DNA of 64,000 nt from positions 888-64,887 of the IMG/VR virus record IMGVR_UViG_3300037882_001257. One strand, given 5' to 3'. This DNA comes from a virus. The notes below the pieces were generated by a model that saw only the letters and a program-made list of their open reading frames with translations, was not told where the DNA came from and did no database searches. The position numbers and the translations under genes were made by a program. This document shows positions 17,928 through 28,135 of this stretch, piece by piece; position 1 is the stretch's first letter, and every line of letters starts with the position of its first letter.

Positions 17928-20900
17928 ATGCCTAGTTTTACAACTTTAAATCAACCAGTACAGAACCTATGTTCTCCGGCAACTGTCTATGGTGGATACG
18001 ACCAAACCCTGTTCTTAGGGTGTAGTGTGCGCTCGTTCTCTACCAGCCTAGGATGGGACGAACAGGTTAGCGAAATAACCGTGGAATTGGTAAGAGACCC
18101 ATGCCCTGCTCTTGAGGCAAAGCCAAAAACCTATTGGGATGCGTCTCTAAATAAGCAAACCACTATAGCCGTAGACCCAGGTTTTATTGGGTACGATGTT
18201 CCGTTAAGTGGTCGCCCTGTCTTCTTTAGGATGGGAGAGTTTGAATTTTCCGGCATCTTACAGGACTGGACCGAAACCGAGGGCACTGGTGGCTATCCAG
18301 TATATACTGTCAAGCTTATTGACCCGCGCTCTATCTTAAGCGGCGTCCATCTAATCACAGGTGACTACGCAGGAAGTGTCGGTTCCCAGTTCAACATTTT
18401 CAATTGCTATGGGTATCTAGAAAGCCTTGGTTCTGCTTGTCCGTTGACGGATATTAACGGTGGTACATTTGGAAGTCCCGCTGGTGGATTCGGTGGCGCT
18501 AACACTACCGGTGGCGGTATGCAAGTCAGCTCTATCGTAGCTGCCTTTAATGTATTAGCTAACGGCGTGCCTCGCGTTGTTAATCAATTCTCACCATATG
18601 GGCGCGTTCTATACAACGGTACAACCGGCGGTAGCTATGGTTCATTAAACGAAGACCTAAATTTGTTCGGGTCTTCATTCTCTGAGTATTTTATTGATTT
18701 GAGTGAGCTACCAACTACCCCAACCTATTATAGATTGCCGGGTCCTAGTGTGACTCTTCTAGAGTTCGTAAGTCAAATATGTGTAGACTGTGGATATAGC
18801 TTCTATTGGGAAATGATTCCTATCAAGAATGCCAGTTCTCTTGCTGGTAGTGGCATTGCTAAGTTTCTCAAGCTCCGCACGGTATCTCGCCTGACTCAAC
18901 CGGCCTTTGGCGCTATTGAAAACTTTGTAAGTGGTGTTGAAGGTGCAATCTCTACATCTGTTGGTAGAGAGACAGTGCAAGAGCAAACCGCATCTTTTAT
19001 CATCGGTGGGCCGGTTGAAAGCATCTATCAGGCGGAACAAAACACCGATGTTCCTTTTGATGGAGACCCTCTATGTGACGAAGAAGATAATATGATTCTT
19101 CCTTACGTTGGATTAGACGCTAATAACGACCTTATTATTCCGTGCTTAGATGATGACGACCTCTGGGAATTTGACTTAGATACCGCTGATATAAACGCTA
19201 CGTTAACACATGTGGCGTTACCAGCTACGGTTACAATCAAAGAGAAAGAATTGCTGGCTGTTGCAGGTGGAGAAAGCACATGGTTAGCATGGGAGGGGTC
19301 TATCTATGATGGTGGTAATCCCACTACTGATATTGGCGCTGAGCTGTTTGGTCCCGGTAAGATTTTCCCAGGTGGTAAAATCAATGTAAATGCTATCATT
19401 GACCGCGCTAAGACCGGCAAGCCAATGCACCCCCATGAAATTGCCAATCCTCACGATGGGTTCATGGGGGTGGTTACAGATATAGAGCAACAGAATGATG
19501 TCCGGTTAATCTATGATTGGCTCAATTCATATGCTCAGGGTTTCGGCACAAAATACATGGTGCGTGTTCCTTACACATGTGCTAAAAGAGACACCGACAC
19601 TAACTTAATCATTACAAGCGAAGTTCCCCAACAGGATGGGTGGACCGATTACGCATCTGTTCTTGGTCTAGCTACTGACGCTCTTGCTATGGAATTGTTC
19701 CGTAATGACAGTGGTAAGATTGAAGCAATGGTTCGTTATGACGGAATAGCCAACCTAAGCATCGCGGACCTTAATCCTGGCGAATACGCAGTCGCCCTTG
19801 ATGAAGAACCAGAGGACGAAGAAGATACTAGTAAGGTATGGATAAAAGCGTCCGTGGAGCCGAAATATGTCTACCACGACTCTAGCACATTGTTCGTGCC
19901 TCGCGCCGTTGTTACTATTTCAACTCCAATTCGTGAAAGCGTTAACAATCCTCAGCCGTACATTATGGGTTTAGCTGAGTTGATTCGGGCTGCTGCCGAG
20001 GGGCCTCCTGCTGATATTGATACTGCTATTCCTGGTGTGCCCGCAGAATTAAACACTGCTAGAAAGCTGGCACAAAACCTAATAGGAAAGGCCGGTGGGG
20101 ACGAACTATTCTTCGATTTTCCTGATTTGTCAAAAACACCTGATGCTGTCTCCTTTGGGTTGAAAAGCACTGTAACTACCTATGGTCCTTGGACAGTGGT
20201 TGGTTTGCCAGGGCAAATCAAAGTAGAGACTGACCCTTCACTAGTTCCGTGGGAGTTCGGCAGCACTGCCAATATGAATCTTGCGGGCAACGCTCTTGCT
20301 GCGGAAGGTGTCATAGGTATGAAGGTTGCCGAAAGTGGTTCTGTACAAGTTCCTGGCTATCCAACGATACCTCTTGGAGCGGAATTAGGCGCTTACGCTG
20401 GTGGATTTTTTGGTGGTGGTTCTCATCTAGTTGAAAATAGAACACATAGCGAAGGTGGTGGTTCTGCTCACTTTAATTATAGTGGTAACTGGACCGGTTT
20501 GTATGGGCCGAACATTACCAATATCAGCATGTCCAATGGGGCGCAAGGGGCTACTACTAACTACGAATTCAGAACTTACACACCCCGTAGAGGTACGTTT
20601 GCTAAGCTGAATGCAGACCGGCTTCGTAACCAAGGCAGAATGAGAATTGCCGCCCTTAGAGAAGCTAGGCTTAAGGCTCTTTCTAAGGTAAGTGCGAGAC
20701 TAGATGTGGCTGTTGGTAATAGAGAAACTAGAAAAAAATACGCAGAGCAATTTAAGAAGCACTCTAGCTCTACATTCTTAGTGGCTGACTATGGGGAAAG
20801 TGCTTATCCTACCGTCACATTAAAAAGCAGTACCTATATCGAAAATGATATGGGTGCTTCTGGAATCGAGCGCCGTTCTTTGGTGGGGTTAGATAGCGTC

Positions 20901-22514
20901 TTTACCCCTGTTTCCTTACGGCCTCAAGGTGGTGTTGGTCCATATGGTACAGGTCTACCTAATTTGGTCGGTAACTTAGCAGGATGGGAAGATTCTTTTA
21001 GAAACTTTACCAGGGCAGCACTTCCATTGGCTATCAACGAAACAGGAGGGCAAAGCTGGGGTCGAGCCATTGGAGGAAGGCATTCCAACCCTTGGTCTAA
21101 TCCAACGGGAGGATTTGAAAACGATGAAGTAATGAACTATCAACTAAGTGGCAAGGGTAGCGGGCACAATAACACTTATGCCGTAAGAGACAATCAAAGT
21201 GGCCTGACTTTGTCTATGTATAATGAAGCGTCTGGTGACAAGACATATAGTAACACATATAACGTAGTTGCCCTAAAGGGCCCAATAATCATTCAACAGT
21301 GGGGATATGACACAGATGGTAAGCCAGTACCTAATGCCGCAGATGATGAAGCGGCTTGCTTAGAAGGTACATTTGAACATGAATTTCTTACTGATAATTT
21401 TATGCCTGGGTGGCTACAAAAACCAAAAACTTGGCCGGTTGCCCCTCTTGATGTTAGATTAGACCGTATGAGGGGTGTGTGGGTTGCTCCTCCTCCAAGA
21501 AGTAAGTTAACCGTTGTATTAGAAGCCTGCTTGAGCCCCTATGAAGTAGTTACTGCTTTAATCACGGGTTATAACGATAGTGACCCAAGCCCTATTATCT
21601 ACGATTCTGGCGGTATGATAGTAGACCAGCCTCGTATCCATGTATATGATAATGTTGGTTCATACTATGCAAGCGGCACGCGCCTATATGTAGATTTTGA
21701 TAGCACTCAAAATAGATACTATCCTGTACAAGCGCGTAACGGCTTTAACGCAATGGGTACAACGTGGGTCAGTGGTAATAATAGTGAATATCAAATTTAT
21801 ACTACAGGAACGTGGACTCCACTCACTTACTTTGCCGAAGGGGTAAGTAGCGGTGTCAGTGTAAACTGCAAGCATATAACCAATTTGCTTGCTGGACCGG
21901 GAATTATTTTTGAAGAAGAGGTTCTCGATGATTTTATTACTGACTTCAGAGACCGCTGCGGGGAATCAGGTTCGGGTTGCGGGTGGGAACAATCAATAAG
22001 AATAACAGCTCAAAATTATGTTACAAATTCAGGCGGCTGGGTTGGCAATTCAGGAATGAGCTTCGGTGGAGAAAGATACAATGGCGGTTTAATTTTTGGG
22101 AATAATATTTCTACCAGCGGATTTGAGGAAAGTTCCCCGATGGGTAACGTCGTACATATGACTGCCATAGGGGCTCACATGACCTACGGTTGGGTGACCG
22201 GTGTACCTACCGGGGCTATGGACCCGTCATCTGATTTTTCTCCAACTAGAAACGCAGTGCGAATAGGTTCTTTCTATGTAGACAACTCAGTTTTCTCTAT
22301 GAAGATTGGCAGTTACGACTATGATGGAGCCGGATGGAGTGACGGTGTATGCACTGGTTATCTTGGACTCACAGAACTACATCCTCCAACGGGAACCGGC
22401 ATTGAGGTTGTAACTAGCGTGGTGTGTAACACAGGTTCTGGCGAGTCAGGTATTACCGTGTCATATAAAACTCTAAACTTTGACGCTTACGGCAGACTGA
22501 CGAGCGTATCATAA
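17928..22514 (+). CDS. Large baseplate hub/central tail protein, 1528 aa
   Basis: Beta-rich, with FLGCSVRSFSTSLGW and FEFSGILQDW motifs at the N-terminus; positioned after the TMP and distal tail genes. Confidence 0.6.
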   Translation: MPSFTTLNQPVQNLCSPATVYGGYDQTLFLGCSVRSFSTSLGWDEQVSEITVELVRDPCPALEAKPKTYWDASLNKQTTIAVDPGFIGYDVPLSGRPVFFRMGEFEFSGILQDWTETEGTGGYPVYTVKLIDPRSILSGVHLITGDYAGSVGSQFNIFNCYGYLESLGSACPLTDINGGTFGSPAGGFGGANTTGGGMQVSSIVAAFNVLANGVPRVVNQFSPYGRVLYNGTTGGSYGSLNEDLNLFGSSFSEYFIDLSELPTTPTYYRLPGPSVTLLEFVSQICVDCGYSFYWEMIPIKNASSLAGSGIAKFLKLRTVSRLTQPAFGAIENFVSGVEGAISTSVGRETVQEQTASFIIGGPVESIYQAEQNTDVPFDGDPLCDEEDNMILPYVGLDANNDLIIPCLDDDDLWEFDLDTADINATLTHVALPATVTIKEKELLAVAGGESTWLAWEGSIYDGGNPTTDIGAELFGPGKIFPGGKINVNAIIDRAKTGKPMHPHEIANPHDGFMGVVTDIEQQNDVRLIYDWLNSYAQGFGTKYMVRVPYTCAKRDTDTNLIITSEVPQQDGWTDYASVLGLATDALAMELFRNDSGKIEAMVRYDGIANLSIADLNPGEYAVALDEEPEDEEDTSKVWIKASVEPKYVYHDSSTLFVPRAVVTISTPIRESVNNPQPYIMGLAELIRAAAEGPPADIDTAIPGVPAELNTARKLAQNLIGKAGGDELFFDFPDLSKTPDAVSFGLKSTVTTYGPWTVVGLPGQIKVETDPSLVPWEFGSTANMNLAGNALAAEGVIGMKVAESGSVQVPGYPTIPLGAELGAYAGGFFGGGSHLVENRTHSEGGGSAHFNYSGNWTGLYGPNITNISMSNGAQGATTNYEFRTYTPRRGTFAKLNADRLRNQGRMRIAALREARLKALSKVSARLDVAVGNRETRKKYAEQFKKHSSSTFLVADYGESAYPTVTLKSSTYIENDMGASGIERRSLVGLDSVFTPVSLRPQGGVGPYGTGLPNLVGNLAGWEDSFRNFTRAALPLAINETGGQSWGRAIGGRHSNPWSNPTGGFENDEVMNYQLSGKGSGHNNTYAVRDNQSGLTLSMYNEASGDKTYSNTYNVVALKGPIIIQQWGYDTDGKPVPNAADDEAACLEGTFEHEFLTDNFMPGWLQKPKTWPVAPLDVRLDRMRGVWVAPPPRSKLTVVLEACLSPYEVVTALITGYNDSDPSPIIYDSGGMIVDQPRIHVYDNVGSYYASGTRLYVDFDSTQNRYYPVQARNGFNAMGTTWVSGNNSEYQIYTTGTWTPLTYFAEGVSSGVSVNCKHITNLLAGPGIIFEEEVLDDFITDFRDRCGESGSGCGWEQSIRITAQNYVTNSGGWVGNSGMSFGGERYNGGLIFGNNISTSGFEESSPMGNVVHMTAIGAHMTYGWVTGVPTGAMDPSSDFSPTRNAVRIGSFYVDNSVFSMKIGSYDYDGAGWSDGVCTGYLGLTELHPPTGTGIEVVTSVVCNTGSGESGITVSYKTLNFDAYGRLTSVS

Positions 22515-22963
22515 TGAGAACAGTAGAAATTCCTAATTGTATATGCTGTGGACCTGCTGCTGCCCCGTGCGAAGAGTGTGTGGCTTGTAGTGAAGGTGAA
22601 GTATCAAGCACCATAGACGTAACTATTGCCGGGGTTACGGGCATAGATGCCGCTGATTGGAATACAACCCATACTATAGATTGGTCACCAGGAACATATG
22701 ATTGCCAATGGTATAAGAGCTTCACCGGTTCCGGCTCAGGTCAAACATTGCAAATAATTGTTGGTGTTTATTTGACTACCTTTCCTGATGAGTTTAACAT
22801 TATCTGTCAATGTATTGATAATGGTGTGTACAATGGATTTCTTTCAACAGCGGCAGGAACTAGTGGTACATGTGTGTGGACTTCTAAAAATCTACCCAAA
22901 ATATATAATAACGACCCCACTTTTGCGGCGGCTACAGTAGCGGTAACTTCAACAGCGTGTTAA
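22514..22963 (+). CDS. Cys-rich small tail-associated protein
   Basis: 11 Cys in 149 aa (NCICCG, CEECVAC); overlaps both neighbours. Confidence 0.5.
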   Translation: MRTVEIPNCICCGPAAAPCEECVACSEGEVSSTIDVTIAGVTGIDAADWNTTHTIDWSPGTYDCQWYKSFTGSGSGQTLQIIVGVYLTTFPDEFNIICQCIDNGVYNGFLSTAAGTSGTCVWTSKNLPKIYNNDPTFAAATVAVTSTAC

Positions 22964-23592
22964 GACAAATGGAAAAGAAAATACATCAGGTATGGCTACA
23001 CGAAGAGCCGTCTCCCAAATATAAGAAATTTGCAGAAAAATGGCAAGCCCTACATCCAGATTGGCTATATCAAACATGGTCGGCTAAAAATCTACCAAAG
23101 CTAGTTAATCAACATTTGTATGACCATGCTATAGACTTTGCACGATTCGATTGCGTGTATCAGATGAGAGCAGATATTGTTAGGTATGAAATTCTAGCAG
23201 AACACGGTGGGTTTTATTGTGATTACGACACCGAACCATTAAAACCCATAGACAAGCATGTGCTACCACATAAACTATGGGGTGCTGAATACATGCACCA
23301 CGTAGACCCGGCGTATTTAGGTTGCGAAGCCCATCACCCTGCTATGGTTGCCATAGTAAATGACTTAGAGGCTTCTGTCGTTTCCCATAAAAAGCGCATT
23401 TCCGTTTCAGCATTAACCGGGATGGGCTACATCACTCCGTACTGGATAAACTACGATGGCTATGTTGCTGAACAAGCTCTGTGGTATCCCTTTAACCACA
23501 GCGACGTTAGAAAGCTAAACTTTATACCAAACATTAGCGATGAAGTTATAGCTATCCACCACTGGGCTAGTCAGCAGTTAATTAAGGAGTAA
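22957..23592 (+). CDS. Glycosyltransferase, GT32/OCH1-like (DxD sugar-binding)
   Basis: Motifs KKIHQVW, WQALHPDW, RADIVRYEILAEHGGFYCDYD and AIHHW. Confidence 0.85.
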   Translation: MLRQMEKKIHQVWLHEEPSPKYKKFAEKWQALHPDWLYQTWSAKNLPKLVNQHLYDHAIDFARFDCVYQMRADIVRYEILAEHGGFYCDYDTEPLKPIDKHVLPHKLWGAEYMHHVDPAYLGCEAHHPAMVAIVNDLEASVVSHKKRISVSALTGMGYITPYWINYDGYVAEQALWYPFNHSDVRKLNFIPNISDEVIAIHHWASQQLIKE

Positions 23593-23596
23593 GAAT

Positions 23597-23941
23597 ATGG
23601 ATGACGAACAGCCTAAAAGTATATTAGACAAAGTTAGTGCATACAACGAGGCGCGTAAAAAGTGGGTAAAAGCTGGTAAGCCATTACGCAGCAAGAAAGA
23701 TATACTAGACATATACGAGAACACATGTAAGCCCTGTGAGCATTTCGAGGGTAATTCATGCGGGCTTTGCGGGTGCCGTCTATCTACTGATAGGACCAGT
23801 TTTAATAAGATAGCGATGGCTACAGAAGAGTGCCCGATTGGGAAATGGCTGGCAACCGAGAAAGAGCCGGAAGCGGCCCTAGGGGAGAAGCGAAATGGGC
23901 GCGAGAGGGGCGGTAGCTGCGGTTGTGGCGGGTCTAAATAA
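23597..23941 (+). CDS. Cys-rich metal-binding protein (DUF6171-like)
   Basis: CKPCEH, CGLCGC and KIAMATEECPIGKW motifs. Confidence 0.55.
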   Translation: MDDEQPKSILDKVSAYNEARKKWVKAGKPLRSKKDILDIYENTCKPCEHFEGNSCGLCGCRLSTDRTSFNKIAMATEECPIGKWLATEKEPEAALGEKRNGRERGGSCGCGGSK

Positions 23942-23965
23942 AAAAGGCGGGACTTTACCCGCCTT
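23936..23965 (-). terminator. Terminator at the convergent junction of the two transcription blocks
   Basis: AAGGCGGG-ACTTTA-CCCGCCTT perfect 8-bp stem; the A-run at 23940-23945 gives a U-tract on the - strand. Confidence 0.8.
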
Positions 23966-23973
23966 AGTTTAAA

Positions 23974-24099
23974 TCATCGGTCTCTGCGCCTGATGTCTCG
24001 AATAGCAGTCCAAAATTCGATGCCTAACCCCATCACGATTGTTGATACCAGTATGGTAAACATCACAATGAGCATAACGCCTAAAATCCAGTCGGCCAT
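23974..24099 (-). CDS. 41-aa single-pass membrane protein (not in the ORF track)
   Basis: MADWILGVMLIVMFTILVSTIVMGLGIEFWTAIRDIRRRDR. Starts 2 nt after the upstream stop and has a positively charged tail. Preferred over the overlapping 23969..24178 ORF. Confidence 0.6.
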   Translation of the reverse strand: MADWILGVMLIVMFTILVSTIVMGLGIEFWTAIRDIRRRDR

Positions 24100-24101
24100 T
24101 A

Positions 24102-24464
24102 TTATGCCATTTCCCCAGTTTCCTGGTTGTACTGCAACCAACCATTATCCTTGAGCCATACCTTCTTGCCATCGACAATAAGTGGCTCAGTTCCGTTCAT
24201 CTTATAGCGGCGTGGATAGATACCAGCATCAGACTGTCCAAATTGTAGCACGGCCTTGCAGTCCTTACAGCGTATTTCATAGTAGGTGAATTTGCCTACT
24301 GTTCTCACTTGAAATACCACGTTGTTCTTCTTACACTTACCACAGGTGTTTTCACCTAGAATTTCCTGTAGTTTGGCTAGATTTGAGAAGATGTCTTTTT
24401 GGTCGCCGGCCTCAAATTCAATGCATACTTCTGGACTTGGCTTATAAGATACTTTCATTTGCAA
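24102..24464 (-). CDS. Zinc-ribbon protein
   Basis: CGKC...CKDC; abuts the annealing-protein gene. Confidence 0.55.
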   Translation of the reverse strand: MQMKVSYKPSPEVCIEFEAGDQKDIFSNLAKLQEILGENTCGKCKKNNVVFQVRTVGKFTYYEIRCKDCKAVLQFGQSDAGIYPRRYKMNGTEPLIVDGKKVWLKDNGWLQYNQETGEMA

Positions 24465-25313
24465 CTAACCTTTCAATTCATTTTTCCAGCCTGAGTCGTA
24501 ACCTAACATTTCTTCGGGCACTCCCATCTGCTGATAAACCTGTAGAGTTCTAAACAGGTCCAAGGCATCAGAGTGCCGCAAGGTATCTATATTATGGCAG
24601 TCTGGAAAGAATTTGTGGACTAATTTCGCCACGTTTACGTTCAGTTTGTCCCTACACAATGTCTCCAAGTGTATGAGCTGAGGTTGACTGATATTGCCGA
24701 CGTTTTCCCCTAAGATGTTATCTTCCAGCTTATCCACTTTTTCATCTGCGGTAAGAACGTCAATGTTCAACAGCTTCTTAAGCGCCCTACCTTCTGCTTT
24801 TGTTTCAGCGGTCGCAACTGGGTGATTACGGTATGGTTTATCGGTGTTGCCCCAGTATGTATCTGATGCTCCATCGGCCCTGACATACACCTCACCATCT
24901 AAAACAGTAACAGCAACAACAACAGACGCCCTCTGTTCGTTTTCAGGGGTTGGGCACTGAGCAATGTGCGTAGTAGTCGTCACAATTGGACCAAGGAACT
25001 TTTTCACCATGCGTCTAAGCCCCGGTATGCGTGGATACTTACCCTCCGACTTTTCTTTGTCAGTAAGTAGAGACATTACATAATCGGTCCATCCCTCGTC
25101 ATCTTGGCAAAGCACAACTGGTTTCTCAGTGTCTACGGGCGCGGCCACTTCTATCAGTTCTGGAGAATCACTAGCTATATCTTCCGAAATAGCATCTAGG
25201 TTCTTCTCTTGTTCTAATAGCGAGGTCGCTAGTTCTTCGTCTGTGAGTTTGTTAAGGCTTCTCTTAACGTAGCCGTGTGACACCAATTCAGCAATCATTT
25301 CAGTCCTATTCAT
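24465..25313 (-). CDS. Putative single-strand annealing protein (Rad52/Sak-like)
   Basis: RIPGLRRMV and PVATAETKAEGRALKKLL motifs; C-terminal ISQPQL small domain. Confidence 0.55.
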   Translation of the reverse strand: MNRTEMIAELVSHGYVKRSLNKLTDEELATSLLEQEKNLDAISEDIASDSPELIEVAAPVDTEKPVVLCQDDEGWTDYVMSLLTDKEKSEGKYPRIPGLRRMVKKFLGPIVTTTTHIAQCPTPENEQRASVVVAVTVLDGEVYVRADGASDTYWGNTDKPYRNHPVATAETKAEGRALKKLLNIDVLTADEKVDKLEDNILGENVGNISQPQLIHLETLCRDKLNVNVAKLVHKFFPDCHNIDTLRHSDALDLFRTLQVYQQMGVPEEMLGYDSGWKNELKG

Positions 25314-26163
25314 CTTTATCTCCTAGAATGATGTACCGATGTTCCCGCTCAGGAAACTTCGCTTGAATTTCCACCAACTTGTCGTGCAACTCTTTCCACA
25401 AATCCCGCTTATACTTCTCGGTCAAACCCCGTGAATGTCTAAGCCTAATAACACACAATCCTGCTCCCAGCAGGAGACCGTTCTTAACTTGGTCTGACCG
25501 CTGATTCTTAGCCAACATGTCAGCGCCCCAAATCGGCAGAAAGTGACTTGGCCCGTCTACTTCAATAGCTACTTTGTCGTGAGGTAGCACAATATCAATT
25601 TGAAGGTTCTCGTTCTTAATGGTCCGCTCAACATGGAATTGTGGGCGGAATCCATGTTCTACTAATTTCCCGAATAGAAACCGCTCCAACTTAGACCCTT
25701 CTTTTGCTGCGACACGAACCGCATCGCCTGCCTTAGCGGACATTTCCGTTTTTTCTTCTACACTCATACTGTCCCAATGGTCTTTACCTATCTGCTTACG
25801 ACGTTCCAATTCCTCGTCAGATAACGCAGCCCAAGAAGCTGACACTTTTTCGCTAATCTTGTATTTAACTTCCTCTGAGCGGTGTTTCCCCTTGGTTGGA
25901 TGTTGTTTGGTCCCATCTGCAAGGGCTTTCTTTTGAGCCTCAGAGCGGGTTCTGATGGGAACTTTAAGCTTCAGTGCGTGGCGACGAATAGTATTACCAT
26001 ATTCTCCGCACAAGTCCCCTATAGCAGCCCAAGTCATACCTTGTATAAAGTGGGCATCATAAAGGAAATCGTATTTAGCTTTATCATCAAGTCCTTTATA
26101 GTTTGCCGCTTTCTTTTTTAATAAAGGCATTGAGGTCGGTTGCAGAGAAATTTTCAATGACAT
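25306..26163 (-). CDS. NUMOD3-type DNA-binding region plus Vsr/DUF559-like endonuclease (homing-endonuclease-like)
   Basis: HPTKGKHRSEEVKYKISEK; IDIVLPHDKVAIEVDGPSHF; DQVKN...GLCVIRL. Confidence 0.75.
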   Translation of the reverse strand: MSLKISLQPTSMPLLKKKAANYKGLDDKAKYDFLYDAHFIQGMTWAAIGDLCGEYGNTIRRHALKLKVPIRTRSEAQKKALADGTKQHPTKGKHRSEEVKYKISEKVSASWAALSDEELERRKQIGKDHWDSMSVEEKTEMSAKAGDAVRVAAKEGSKLERFLFGKLVEHGFRPQFHVERTIKNENLQIDIVLPHDKVAIEVDGPSHFLPIWGADMLAKNQRSDQVKNGLLLGAGLCVIRLRHSRGLTEKYKRDLWKELHDKLVEIQAKFPEREHRYIILGDKDE

Positions 26164-26596
26164 AAGTAGGCTCTTTCCAATAGCGTTTTAACACATTAGC
26201 GTGTTGTGTGGTTCTAGCAATTAACTCTACCTTATCGTTAAGATAAGCAGGGCTAATGTAATCATACATAAACTGTGTATATATCCACTCCAGGTTCCAC
26301 ACGTAGAAAAACTTTTTATGAGCGGACGGAATAGATAGCATCGTGTGGGTAGTTTCAATGTCGGTAGACACAAGTATGCCGTCGAAGCCCCGCAGTTGCG
26401 CTGTTTGCATCATCGCAAAAGCTGTGGGTTCTGGAATAATGTCTAGCTCATTATAGAACACCGTTAATCGAGGCGCGTTAGGCAGTTTCAGCAGTTTATT
26501 GCCCTCTATGTTGAGATAGCAACCAAGCTGATTCATTCCTATTCGTTGGGTGATTATACCAAGAGTGTTTTGTGCTTTTGTGCTTCGGCTTTCCAT
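26096..26596 (-). CDS. Glycosyltransferase-like protein (GT-B N-terminal-like)
   Basis: GILVSTDIETT and KKFFYVWNLEW motifs; last gene of the GT cluster. Confidence 0.4.
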   Translation of the reverse strand: MESRSTKAQNTLGIITQRIGMNQLGCYLNIEGNKLLKLPNAPRLTVFYNELDIIPEPTAFAMMQTAQLRGFDGILVSTDIETTHTMLSIPSAHKKFFYVWNLEWIYTQFMYDYISPAYLNDKVELIARTTQHANVLKRYWKEPTYVIENFSATDLNAFIKKESGKL

Positions 26597-27465
26597 TGGC
26601 TCTCTTGTAGTGCGGCACCAAGTTCCATAACGCGGTCTAAGTAAGTATGTTCAGAAATAACAGCTTTGTGCGCTTTCTTTGTGATATTGCGACGGGCGCG
26701 CTCATTAGGAAGAAAATCATTCAGTAAAGAAAACAACTCTTTAGTGTTGTTGTAATGGGGGAATAGGGGGTTTGCGACATTACTCAATACGAAAGTTTTA
26801 TGAGCTGCACACTCCAATAATAAGTCAGTATCGGAGTCCAAGTAAATTTTGGTACTTGCTAAGAAACTGGCAATTTTCCCAGGTTGGATAACTCCTAGAT
26901 ATGCAGGAGTTGGATAGGACACGTCTCCCAAGATTTTCAATTTGTACATAAAGAGGTCGCGGCTCAATACGTTTACCATTTTAGGATTTGGAGACAACGA
27001 CAAGTAACCAATATCTGTTTCGTACTGGGCATCAAAAGTTCCTGGTGGGAACCTGAAGGTGTCTGCTGCCTTATGGAGAATCATCTTATTGTGGTCGATG
27101 TTGTTGAATATCACCTTTGGTACTATGTCGTTGACCAGTACCAGCTTTACATACTGCTTGATACTGTCGGGGGCCTCAACGCCATAGATAATAACCGCTG
27201 GCTTGAATTCATTAATAGCTAAAATAGTGTCTTTTTGTATATCTTCTCTAGTAAGTATCACGTAGTCTGGTTTTTGCTCCTCGAACATATCGAACGTGGG
27301 CTTTCGTGTTTTATCCCACAGTATGATATTCATGCCGGGCAACACAGATAACGCTGTGATGAGACCGGTCATGTTTCTATCTATTTTACTACTAACTGTG
27401 ATGTTCACTTTTAAAGACCTTCCTAACGAATGCGTAGTCCTTGGAGCAGTCAATATCAAAAGCAA
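26554..27465 (-). CDS. Glycosyltransferase-like protein (CgeB/Glyco_trans_1_2-type C-terminus)
   Basis: FEEQKPDYVI motif; C-terminal ERARRNITKKAHKAVISEHTYLDRV. Confidence 0.6.
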   Translation of the reverse strand: MLLILTAPRTTHSLGRSLKVNITVSSKIDRNMTGLITALSVLPGMNIILWDKTRKPTFDMFEEQKPDYVILTREDIQKDTILAINEFKPAVIIYGVEAPDSIKQYVKLVLVNDIVPKVIFNNIDHNKMILHKAADTFRFPPGTFDAQYETDIGYLSLSPNPKMVNVLSRDLFMYKLKILGDVSYPTPAYLGVIQPGKIASFLASTKIYLDSDTDLLLECAAHKTFVLSNVANPLFPHYNNTKELFSLLNDFLPNERARRNITKKAHKAVISEHTYLDRVMELGAALQESQWKAEAQKHKTLLV

Positions 27466-28135
27466 ACATAGACGGGTCTGGAGAATAGACTCTAAATTTT
27501 CCGCCCTTGTCTATAATCTTGTTGACAATCTCAAAACTAAATAGGTGGGCATTCTCTTTCTTCCATGTTATCTGCCGCAGTAGGTCGGCCTCTTTGCCCG
27601 TGAAGTATGCTATCTGTGCCCACTTGTTCGGCAGGCCATAGAACATCTGCTCAACGTATGTTTTGCCACTGGTGAACCCGATTTCATTTTCCTTAAGGTG
27701 TTCAGACGTATTAGCTACTATACAAGATTCTCGGTCGAAAGGCAAATTCAGAGCAGTCTTGTTAAAAGCTAAATCGCCCTGGATAGTTATTATACGGTCT
27801 GTTGTCGCAGCGCGCAGACCTAGGCCGATACTTCTTGCTATATTTGTGTCTGCGTAACCTTCGTTTTCGACTTTAATGACCTCTTTAGGGGCGTGGTTCA
27901 TAACCTTGTCTGACTCGAAGCCTGTGACCAAGATAATTTCCACCACTGGAAACACCGAATGTATATGCTTGACTTGTTCATCTATAAGCAGGTTATCGCC
28001 TATTGGAGCCAACGACCGCGCACCAAACGTGGTCATTCTATTGCCTGAGCCAGCAGCCAGTAGTATAACGCTGTACTTTTGGTTGACATGCGGCACCTTG
28101 ATAAGTGACACGTTCTTTATAGCTTTGTTAGACAT
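27392..28135 (-). CDS. Nucleotidyltransferase (NTP_transferase, LicC/MobA-like)
   Basis: VILLAAGSGNRM, IILVTGF, TNIARSIGLG, IQGDL and FDIDCSKD motifs. Confidence 0.85.
   Translation of the reverse strand: MSNKAIKNVSLIKVPHVNQKYSVILLAAGSGNRMTTFGARSLAPIGDNLLIDEQVKHIHSVFPVVEIILVTGFESDKVMNHAPKEVIKVENEGYADTNIARSIGLGLRAATTDRIITIQGDLAFNKTALNLPFDRESCIVANTSEHLKENEIGFTSGKTYVEQMFYGLPNKWAQIAYFTGKEADLLRQITWKKENAHLFSFEIVNKIIDKGGKFRVYSPDPSMFAFDIDCSKDYAFVRKVFKSEHHS

Noticed and set aside
23969-24178. 69-aa ORF from the track
   Set aside because: It overlaps the zinc-ribbon gene out of frame. The alternative 41-aa TM ORF (23974-24099) is coupled to the upstream stop and is more protein-like.
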